64,000 nucleotides of DNA, taken from Micavibrio sp. UBA1672 (lineage in GTDB: Bacteria > Pseudomonadota > Alphaproteobacteria > Micavibrionales > Micavibrionaceae). Shown in pieces: positions 30,038 to 37,983 of this stretch. The DNA lies in NCBI GenBank assembly GCA_002320665.1, contig DCKO01000025.1:21482-85481 (forward strand), in the 5' to 3' direction. Position 1 is the first letter of the stretch; the number at the start of each line of letters is the position of its first letter. The notes under the pieces are model-generated. The model searched no databases and had not been told where the DNA came from. It saw only the letters and a program-made list of their open reading frames with translations. The translations under genes and the position numbers were made by a program.

Positions 30038-31206
30038 AACGAATATCCTCCGTCTTCACTATCTCCTTGATCCGAGCTGCTCATATTCATGGATAGTTCT
30101 TCCCCGCCAATGCGGCCACCGCCCATAGAGGCTGAAGCATAGCCCTCATCACGCTCCCCACCTTCTGTTTCACTCTCTTCAGAGCTTTTTAGCAAGGCAC
30201 GTCTGGCTTCGTCTTTATCGATAATGCCGCCTTCTAGTAAATTACTGATTGCATCTTCCATGGTGATCATGCCGTAGCGTGAGCCTGTTTGCATCATGGA
30301 GTACATTTGCGGCACCTGATTCTCACGTATAAGATTTCGAACAGCATTTGTACCAACTAGAATTTCGAAAGCACCAACACGCCCTCCTCCCACTTTCTTT
30401 AAAAGTGTCTGTGCGACCACACCTTGCAAGGAACTGGAGAGCATAGCGCGCACCATTTCTTTATCGGCGCTGGGGAATACATCGATAATACGATCAATGG
30501 TTTTTGATGCTGAATTCGAGTGCAATGTGCCAAAAACAAGGTGACCTGTTTCAGCTGCTGTCAGAGCAAGTGATATTGTTTCATGATCACGCATCTCTCC
30601 GACCAGAATAACATCAGGGTCCTCACGCAGCGCACTTTTCAACGCTCTTGCGAAGCTATTTGTATCTTGACCAACCTCACGGTGGTTGATTAGTGATTTC
30701 TTTGATGTGTGAAAGAATTCAACAGGGTCTTCAATTGTCAAAACGTGTTTGGCATGATGAATATTAATATGATTAATCATAGAGGCCAATGTCGTTGATT
30801 TACCAGATCCTGTCGGACCAGTTACAAGCACAATACCTTTTTCAAGCTCAGCAAAGCGGCGTATGACAGGCGGTAAATCGAGTTGTTCCATTGTCGGTAT
30901 ATCACCAGGAATAGTCCTAAAAACTGCTGATGTTCCCAGACGGGTTGTAAACGCGTTTACACGAAAACGGGCCTTTTCACCCAGTGCAATAGCAAAGTCC
31001 AGCTCCATATCTTTTTCAAACTGGGAACGTTGATCCTCTGACATGACGGAATACAGCATTGTTCTGATGTCATCACTACCAAGAGAATCTGCCTTAACTC
31101 TCTTCATTGTTCCGCTAACACGAATGATCGGCGGATTACCGGCACTTAAATGTAAGTCCGATGCATTATTTTGCATTGTAAAGGCAAGAAGTTGCGTAAG
31201 ATCCAA
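30034..31206 (-). CDS. pilT: Twitching-motility ATPase PilT
   Basis: MDLTQLLAFTMQNNASDLHLSAGNPP, GPTGSGKSTTLASMINHIN, LTIEDPVEF, VGEMRD, TGHLVFGTLHSNS, AVRNLIRE. TTG start with an AAGGAGA RBS. There is a ~45-aa acidic Gly/Ser/Glu-rich C-terminal extension. Confidence 0.9.
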   Translation of the reverse strand: MDLTQLLAFTMQNNASDLHLSAGNPPIIRVSGTMKRVKADSLGSDDIRTMLYSVMSEDQRSQFEKDMELDFAIALGEKARFRVNAFTTRLGTSAVFRTIPGDIPTMEQLDLPPVIRRFAELEKGIVLVTGPTGSGKSTTLASMINHINIHHAKHVLTIEDPVEFFHTSKKSLINHREVGQDTNSFARALKSALREDPDVILVGEMRDHETISLALTAAETGHLVFGTLHSNSASKTIDRIIDVFPSADKEMVRAMLSSSLQGVVAQTLLKKVGGGRVGAFEILVGTNAVRNLIRENQVPQMYSMMQTGSRYGMITMEDAISNLLEGGIIDKDEARRALLKSSEESETEGGERDEGYASASMGGGRIGGEELSMNMSSSDQGDSEDGGYSF

Positions 31207-31343
31207 AAGACGTCTCCTTAAACTTTTTTATGATACGCAGAAAAAATATCCGGAAGTTCCCAGCTACTCACCTTCTCTTTGTACCTGAATTTTCTAAAGG
31301 GAACGTAAATTTTTTTATTATTTTTGGCATGATTTTGCATTTT

Positions 31344-32099
31344 TTATGAAGTTCCTTGCGTTAAGAGTAAGATATAGAGGGATAATATCAAGGCCGGTCC
31401 AAAAGGAAACTTAGCTTCCTTCACGATATATTTCCAGACAAGCCCAATGGCTACGCCGAGAACACCAGATAGAATCAGAAAATAAGACAGGTTTGAAAGT
31501 CCTAGCCATAGGCCGGAAGCTGCTGCAAATTTTACATCGCCTAAACCAAGCGCTTGTTTATTCAGAATTTTTCCAGTCAGCATACCCATGAGCCAAAATA
31601 TAAATGAAAAAACTACCGCCCCTGCCCCATATTCAATTAAATAGATGGATATATCCAGACCGTTACTAGCACCAATATAAGCAAGCCTTATAAGGCCAAA
31701 AGATGCTACGATAATAACCAGAATATCCGGCAGTCTTTTATGCTCTAGATCAATCAGAAATAGCGCAATAAGAAATGGTATAGTGAATATAATGATAAGG
31801 GCTTGCACCGTCATACCAAAGGCAGCATATATTCCCAAACATAGTAAGGCGCTACATATTTCCTGTAGCGGGTAAAATACCGAGACCTTGGAACCACATT
31901 GGCGGCATTGCCCTTTATTTACAGCCCAAGATAATAATGGAATAAGGTCGATTGCCGTTAAGGCTTTACCACAGGCCGAGCATGATGATCTTTTAGAAAT
32001 CCAATCTTTATTTCGTGGAATACGATAGGACAAAGCAGAGGCAAAGCTACCCATAATCAATCCTAAGACGGTGAAAATAACAATGCCTGTAAAATCCAT
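31344..32099 (-). CDS. pilD: Prepilin peptidase / N-methyltransferase (A24 family)
   Basis: CSACGKAL...CRQCGSKV zinc-binding pairs, DLEHKRLPD (first catalytic Asp), and LGLGDVKFAAASG (the GxGDxK second Asp). Confidence 0.9.
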   Translation of the reverse strand: MDFTGIVIFTVLGLIMGSFASALSYRIPRNKDWISKRSSCSACGKALTAIDLIPLLSWAVNKGQCRQCGSKVSVFYPLQEICSALLCLGIYAAFGMTVQALIIIFTIPFLIALFLIDLEHKRLPDILVIIVASFGLIRLAYIGASNGLDISIYLIEYGAGAVVFSFIFWLMGMLTGKILNKQALGLGDVKFAAASGLWLGLSNLSYFLILSGVLGVAIGLVWKYIVKEAKFPFGPALILSLYILLLTQGTS

Positions 32100-32116
32100 A
32101 ATTTTTTGATTACTGG

Positions 32117-32995
32117 CTATCTGATTTGTGCCAGACGCTCGAAAACAGCATCTCTTGGTATTGTGCGCCCCGAGCCATATAAAGTATCAACTTCAAGAGC
32201 TTCTTCGTAATATTTTATGGCGTTATCCGTATCACCATGTTGATCATAAATTATTGCCATATTGTAGATATGGTTGGCATTATGTGGCTCCATGCTAGAG
32301 GCCACGCCCAAATATCTAAGCGCTGAAGGGAAATCACCAGATTTTGAATAAGCGAATGCCAATTGAGAAACTATACCTACATTATCTGCATTATCCTGAT
32401 ATAGCTCTAGTAAACGTCTTTGCGCTACAGCTGGATAGCGCGTTGCAAGAAGCCCCAGCATATTTTGTTTTACATCAAGGTTATCTGGATCGAGCTTTGA
32501 AATTTTTTCATAAACTTTCATGGCTTCGTCAAAACGTCCAAGTTTTTGTAGGGATATTGCTTTTCCCATTAAAACACGACCATCATCACCAATTTTTCTT
32601 TCCAGCATTTCATACAAGTCCAGCGCAGAATCAAAGCGTCCTAAGGATATTGCACGTTCGGCAGCCACCAACTGAGAGCTTGTTGTACCAGCATCCTGAT
32701 CTCTGCGGACAACAACATAAGGTGCAGCGGGACGCTCCCGTGGGCTATACAGAACAGGTCCTTGGCTCCCCATCTCGCCTCTAGAGACATCATCCGAGTC
32801 ATAATATGTAGGCGAATCCATGGTTGGTTCACTTGCTGCAGTCGGGCCAGATATTGTATTCCCCTCAATTTGTGGGATTTCATCAAAGTCATCTGGCGGC
32901 ATATCCTGCGCGAAAGATGCTGATGTTACACTTGCGGACAACGCGAAAATGCACGCCGTAAAGACTAGTTTTTTGTATTTTATTGATAACGGCAT
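32117..32995 (-). CDS. Secreted TPR-repeat protein (PilF/MshN/Tgl-like candidate)
   Basis: Signal peptide MPLSIKYKKLVFTACIFALSASVTSASFAQ, followed by several TPR-like units (AISLGRFDSALDLYE, AISLQKLGRFDEAMKVYEK, AFAYSKSGDFPSALRYL, AIIYDQHGDTDNAIKYYEEAL). An alternative ATG at 33079 would overlap the ABC gene stop. Confidence 0.7.
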   Translation of the reverse strand: MPLSIKYKKLVFTACIFALSASVTSASFAQDMPPDDFDEIPQIEGNTISGPTAASEPTMDSPTYYDSDDVSRGEMGSQGPVLYSPRERPAAPYVVVRRDQDAGTTSSQLVAAERAISLGRFDSALDLYEMLERKIGDDGRVLMGKAISLQKLGRFDEAMKVYEKISKLDPDNLDVKQNMLGLLATRYPAVAQRRLLELYQDNADNVGIVSQLAFAYSKSGDFPSALRYLGVASSMEPHNANHIYNMAIIYDQHGDTDNAIKYYEEALEVDTLYGSGRTIPRDAVFERLAQIR

Positions 32996-33075
32996 ATTAG
33001 GCACACCCGAGAAATATGGACAGAAATATTGAAAGACAGAACGTCTTAGCAGAATCATATTGCATAAGGAGTATA

Positions 33076-33810
33076 TCATGCAGCGGCCTGCCCCTCAATA
33101 AAATCAAGGAAAGCATGCTCAAGATTTTTTGTGGATGTTTTTTTCTTCAGATTTTGTGGTGTCCCGACATATTGAATCCGGCCATTAAATAAGACTGCAA
33201 CACGGTCACAGATTTCATCCATATCCGCCAGAATATGAGAACTTAAAAATATCATTTTATCCTTATGCTTAACCTGCCCGATCATATCCTTCACTTTTGA
33301 TCTGGCCATTGGATCAAGGCCACTCATTGGTTCATCCAGAATCATAACATCACAATCAGTTAAGAGCGTACCCATAAGGCCTAGCTTTTGACGCATACCT
33401 TTGGAATAAGTGTTAACTTTACGCTTTAGAGCAGCTCTATCCAAGGCCAGCGCGTCTGCAGCATTATAGACTTCGTCTTCTGAAATGCTTTTTTTATACA
33501 GGCCGAGCGAGAATTTTATGAATTCCATACCCGTTAAAAACCATGGTGGTTCGAATTTTTCAGGTAAGTAAGCCATATTCTTTTTACTTGTGGCATTATC
33601 GCGTGCCTGATTATTAATCAGGATTTCACCTTCATCCTGATTTCTTAAGGATAAGATGCACTTGATTAAAGTGGTTTTTCCTGCACCGTTCAAACCAATC
33701 AGACCGAAGATTTCACCATGATTAATCTCCAGATTTACCTCTTCGATGACGGGCTTGTCAGTATATGTAACGGAAACATCTTTTATAGATAAAGCGACTG
33801 TTTTACTCAT
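33076..33810 (-). CDS. ABC transporter ATP-binding protein
   Basis: Walker A GLNGAGKTT, Q-loop, signature YSKGMRQKL, Walker B VMILDEPMSGLD, and H-loop SSHIL. Confidence 0.9.
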   Translation of the reverse strand: MSKTVALSIKDVSVTYTDKPVIEEVNLEINHGEIFGLIGLNGAGKTTLIKCILSLRNQDEGEILINNQARDNATSKKNMAYLPEKFEPPWFLTGMEFIKFSLGLYKKSISEDEVYNAADALALDRAALKRKVNTYSKGMRQKLGLMGTLLTDCDVMILDEPMSGLDPMARSKVKDMIGQVKHKDKMIFLSSHILADMDEICDRVAVLFNGRIQYVGTPQNLKKKTSTKNLEHAFLDFIEGQAAA

Positions 33811-33834
33811 AATAATCTATAACTACTTATATTG

Positions 33835-34404
33835 TTATTCACCCATTAAAAAGATACGTTGATCCAAGTTAAACCGCTGGTTTGTCTTTAATTTGATTGG
33901 ATAAATAGTATTGGTAAATGCATCCAGCCATTTAAGTTCGATGTAATCCTTATATACAACCAGATCAAGAATTTCCTCGGGGATTGAATCTGGCTTTACA
34001 CGTTGATTATTAAGCCATATTGTCCAGTCTTTTTCTGTTTTGAAGGCGATACCCCCAAGTTTTATTTCCCGAATTCCCCTATTTGGTGTGAATTCATCTT
34101 CACTATTTAACTCTTGCTCGGTGGGCGCCTTTACAAAGCCTCTGCTTTCTTTCATTTCCTTGATGGATTGGTGTTGCCAGAATGTGAAGAACAACGATGG
34201 ATATGACTTGTTTTTAGCTGGTTTTGTTGGTGTTTTTGGTATTTCAGGCTGCTCATTTTCAACAGATTCAGGCGGAGGAGGCATCCCCTCAATCTTTATA
34301 ATATCTTCTTCTTGTGCATAAGTTTTAGGTATGCTTAGAGCTGTCAGGCTCGTGCACATAACACATAAAAAAGCAAAATATAAACTTGTCTGTTTTACCT
34401 TCAT
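33835..34404 (-). CDS. Hypothetical periplasmic protein (PilP/MshK-position candidate)
   Basis: Signal peptide, a Pro-rich linker (MPPPPESVENEQPEIPKTPTKP), then a small beta-rich C-terminal domain (IKLGGIAFKTEKDWTIWLNNQRV). The assignment rests on architecture and gene position only. Confidence 0.35.
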   Translation of the reverse strand: MKVKQTSLYFAFLCVMCTSLTALSIPKTYAQEEDIIKIEGMPPPPESVENEQPEIPKTPTKPAKNKSYPSLFFTFWQHQSIKEMKESRGFVKAPTEQELNSEDEFTPNRGIREIKLGGIAFKTEKDWTIWLNNQRVKPDSIPEEILDLVVYKDYIELKWLDAFTNTIYPIKLKTNQRFNLDQRIFLMGE

Positions 34405-35052
34405 TTATCTATTCCTTTGCTCGTCCCCTATAACCTGGGATTCCGGAATAATTGTACGCCAAGATAGCTTTACCTCACCCTTGACCAAAACAGGGCTAGA
34501 GCCTGCTGCGATAGCACGCAGTACTGCTGCACTGATATCGCGAGACCTTGTGACAGTGATCGCATCAACAGATAGATGTCCGGGCAAAGTTTGCTGCGCC
34601 AAATCAATATATTTATATATATCCGAGTCATCAAAGGCTTCTATTTCAATTTCAACAGGGCTGTACAAGATTTTGTGCTTCGCTTTTTGAGCTTCTTCAT
34701 TATTTTCAACCGTACCAGATTTTACGCTGACTACAGCTGATATGACGTTAGAGCTTTCTTGCACCTGATTGAAAATGGCTTTGGCCATACTCCGTTCCTG
34801 ATTGTTGAAAAACCCTTGCTCTTTCAACAAATCAAACTCGTTTTGTTGCTCGTCTAATTGTTCGAATTCTATTTTCAAACGATCAATATCAGATGTTAAA
34901 CCACTGACACTTCTTCTAAGTTTTGTTAAATCACGCTCCGACGATTCTTGCATAGGCACCATATATAGATATACGAGCGCTGCCATACTTGCATTTAAGA
35001 CAATAAGTATCAGCAATAGAATTATTCGTCTTGGCCCTATTATATTGATCAT
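34405..35052 (-). CDS. Hypothetical bitopic protein (PilO/GspM/MshJ-like architecture)
   Basis: Short cytoplasmic N-terminus, one TM (IILLLILIVLNASMAALVYLYMV), a coiled coil, then a ~100-aa periplasmic domain. It is translationally coupled on both sides (ATGA overlap upstream, TAA-ATG abutting downstream). Confidence 0.4.
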   Translation of the reverse strand: MINIIGPRRIILLLILIVLNASMAALVYLYMVPMQESSERDLTKLRRSVSGLTSDIDRLKIEFEQLDEQQNEFDLLKEQGFFNNQERSMAKAIFNQVQESSNVISAVVSVKSGTVENNEEAQKAKHKILYSPVEIEIEAFDDSDIYKYIDLAQQTLPGHLSVDAITVTRSRDISAAVLRAIAAGSSPVLVKGEVKLSWRTIIPESQVIGDEQRNR

Positions 35053-36644
35053 AGTTGCGGCCCCTCAATTGTAATTTCCGCGACATAGTCCTGCTGCTTG
35101 TTTTTCGTCCCTATTTGTCCGGTTTCAACAACGATCTCTTCGCTGTATTCATAATCTTCAAGGAACTTTGTAACTTTTACCGTATGGTCCTTTAGCAAAG
35201 TCTGTAGTTTTTCCTGTAATTTTCGGACCTCCATATTGCCCTTTAAAACATCGGCGTCACTTGGGAAGGTCATTTGCATAGTCGCGATATAATTGGGTGG
35301 TGCTTGTTGTTGCCCGCGACCAGACGTGAAACGTGACAAGAAATTCTCACCGCGCTTTACATTCATATTGTCGATACGCAGATCACGCCCCAAGCCTATA
35401 GAAATTTTCTGGACCAGATCCAGAATATTGACTTGCCTCTTTTCCAGTTTATCGTGAATAGTCAAAGAGCTTTGTATTAACTGAATATCAAAGCCCATAT
35501 CCTGTTTGCGTTTAACTTCTTGATTATACCGTAACTGAAGCGTTGACCGACGGTTTTCGTATTCTTCTATTTGTTCCCAGTTCTGGTTCAGATCATCAAA
35601 TTTATTCATTAAATCATAGGCCTGATACCCAGCACCTAACACCAGAAGAACCGAGACCAAGGTAGCAATTTGTCTGGGTTGGGAAACTTTATCAATTTCC
35701 TTAGCCTTTAGAGGAAGGATAAACTTGCTTTTACCGCCAGCCCAAGCAACATGAAGCACATCTGCATATTTAGGATCTTGCTGATAACCAAGCGGAATTT
35801 TAAGGTAATCGGCGGCTTCTTGCGCATTTATATGATGATAATTGCATGGCGTTTCGATCATATTTCCCAGCATCTCTCCTGTCTGGGAATCGGAAATAAA
35901 AATAACATCCAGCCCATCATCAGCATTAAAACCAAATCTGGAAAGGTAGCTCATAGTGGCTTTAAATTCCTGATGAACATCTTCTGATATTTGTACAGGA
36001 TCGTCCTCGTTATCAGATATTGGCGTCATACGTGTAAGAGCTAATTCACCGTTATTGATAACAACCTGACGTAAACCTCCGCCTTTATGCATACCGATAA
36101 AAATCTTCCATTTAGATTTCTTATGCCCTTTAGAATGGATTTTCTCGGAGAGTTTTTTAACCATGTCAGAGGATTCGATAGGCAAAAGACAAAAACCGGC
36201 GATCGGTGCTAAAGATTTATTTGTGGCGGCAAGAACCTTTTTAAAGTTTTCTGTCGCCGGAATAGCTGCAAAAATATACAGCCCCCCGGATTTTAGTTTC
36301 TTTTTTGTTTTTTTATCTTCCTTTAAGGGTAATGCTGCGCGTACAGGATAATTCTGGAAAGCCACCATAAGCTTACGTTTGATCACGTTTTGCTTATCCA
36401 TGATACTGACTTTGGGGATACGTTCCTTTCGATAATGTTGTTCGACCATGTCATTTAGAACAAGAACAGGCTTACCTTTACAGTCTCTGGATAAAATCTG
36501 AGCTACATTGTCGACAAAACCGTCAGCATCCCACGGAACAGTATCAATCAGACGCACGCCTTTGGAGCTGTTACTATATACAAATAGTGCTTCATCAGAA
36601 ACTAGTAGGACTGTTCTAGAAGGTGTCAAAAACGAAAGTGACAT
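35049..36644 (-). CDS. Hypothetical bitopic protein (GspL/MshI-like; PilM-PilN fusion architecture)
   Basis: 531 aa: a ~325-aa cytoplasmic domain, a single TM (IATLVSVLLVLGAGY, about residues 326-342), and a ~190-aa coiled-coil/periplasmic domain. It lies directly downstream of pilB-pilC. I saw no sequence motif; the call is from architecture only. Confidence 0.4.
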   Translation of the reverse strand: MSLSFLTPSRTVLLVSDEALFVYSNSSKGVRLIDTVPWDADGFVDNVAQILSRDCKGKPVLVLNDMVEQHYRKERIPKVSIMDKQNVIKRKLMVAFQNYPVRAALPLKEDKKTKKKLKSGGLYIFAAIPATENFKKVLAATNKSLAPIAGFCLLPIESSDMVKKLSEKIHSKGHKKSKWKIFIGMHKGGGLRQVVINNGELALTRMTPISDNEDDPVQISEDVHQEFKATMSYLSRFGFNADDGLDVIFISDSQTGEMLGNMIETPCNYHHINAQEAADYLKIPLGYQQDPKYADVLHVAWAGGKSKFILPLKAKEIDKVSQPRQIATLVSVLLVLGAGYQAYDLMNKFDDLNQNWEQIEEYENRRSTLQLRYNQEVKRKQDMGFDIQLIQSSLTIHDKLEKRQVNILDLVQKISIGLGRDLRIDNMNVKRGENFLSRFTSGRGQQQAPPNYIATMQMTFPSDADVLKGNMEVRKLQEKLQTLLKDHTVKVTKFLEDYEYSEEIVVETGQIGTKNKQQDYVAEITIEGPQL

Positions 36645-36687
36645 TGTTAAAAAAAAGCCTGTGAAAAAATACGAACTGTGTGTCTTT

Positions 36688-37887
36688 TTAGCCGATAGCT
36701 TCCATCATATTGCCAAGATTCATATAGATCGGACCAAGGGAGCCAGCTGCTATCCAAACAATCACGAGTGCCAGTATAACAGTTAATGTCGGTTGAATCA
36801 TCTCAATTAGCGCATCTATAGCTTCATCCACATCTTTTGTATAAAATTCGCAAATCTGAATCAAAACAGGCGTCAGATTTCCTGATTCTTCACCAATTTT
36901 TACCATTCTTGTTACCATATTTGGAAATTCGCCTGATGCTCTGAAAGCATCGGAGAGCGGACTACCGGACTTAACGTAATGCTCGACTCCTTCCATAGCA
37001 TCAATCAATGCTAAATTGGATACAGTTTGACGTGCGGATTTAAGGCCATTCAGCACATCAATACCACTTTCGAAAAGCGCTCCAAATGTCTGGGCATATC
37101 TGGCGATAGATATTTTACGGATTAGCGGCCCGATAACAGGCATATTCAAATACATAACATCCATTTTATAGGCAATTTCATCCGATAATCGTCTGATTAT
37201 CATTAGAAATGACATAATTAATATAGGCACAACTAAAACAATGATTGCTCCATATATAGGTAGCCCTAATATCTTGAATTGCGGCTCAACAAAGAAATCC
37301 GAAGTTGACATGAGCGCCGTTGTATACCAAGGCAGTTCAATACTCAGATATTTTAAAAATCCTACAACCTGTGGAACAACCATGGTCATCATGAAAACAA
37401 TGGTAAAGAGGACAACTACGGTTACGATTATCGGATAGCGTGTCGCCTTCTTGATTTTGGATTGCATGGCATCCAGCCATTTAAGGTATTTCTCTAATTG
37501 CAAATAAGAGGATGTCAGGTCACCAGTGTCCTCACCTGCTTTGATAATTGATATAAAAAGAGGTTTAAAAACTTTTGGATGTTTTGCTAAAGCTTCGGAT
37601 AGTGATGCGCCGTCGCGGACATCACGATGAATTTCACTCATCATATCACGCATCATATCATTTTCTGCGCCATCTCGAATATCTCCCAAAGCATCAAGCA
37701 AGGGTACACCTGCGCTTTGCATTTGTTCCATATGAATAAAGAACTGGATTAGATCTCTAAGCTTTACCTTTTGCAGCGTAATAGTGGGTAGCGAGCTTTT
37801 CTTTTTTGTCAAAGAAGCACATTGAATTAATTCAAGCCCTGCACTTTGAAGCTGATTATGTAAGTCAACTTCGTTCATCGCCGCCAA
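36688..37887 (-). CDS. pilC: Type IV pilus platform protein PilC/GspF family
   Basis: Two GspF repeats with three TM segments. The conserved N-terminal coding sequence continues upstream of TTG 37887 to a TAA at 37960-37962 with no ATG/GTG/TTG (see finding). Coordinates given are the canonical-start ORF. Confidence 0.85.
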   Translation of the reverse strand: MAAMNEVDLHNQLQSAGLELIQCASLTKKKSSLPTITLQKVKLRDLIQFFIHMEQMQSAGVPLLDALGDIRDGAENDMMRDMMSEIHRDVRDGASLSEALAKHPKVFKPLFISIIKAGEDTGDLTSSYLQLEKYLKWLDAMQSKIKKATRYPIIVTVVVLFTIVFMMTMVVPQVVGFLKYLSIELPWYTTALMSTSDFFVEPQFKILGLPIYGAIIVLVVPILIMSFLMIIRRLSDEIAYKMDVMYLNMPVIGPLIRKISIARYAQTFGALFESGIDVLNGLKSARQTVSNLALIDAMEGVEHYVKSGSPLSDAFRASGEFPNMVTRMVKIGEESGNLTPVLIQICEFYTKDVDEAIDALIEMIQPTLTVILALVIVWIAAGSLGPIYMNLGNMMEAIG

Positions 37888-37983
37888 TGTCCCGCGGACA
37901 GGACGACCCTTTACATTTATGGCTCTGTACTTATAGCGTTCTATAGCTTTAACTCCAATTTAGACAAAAGAAAAGACTGACCA

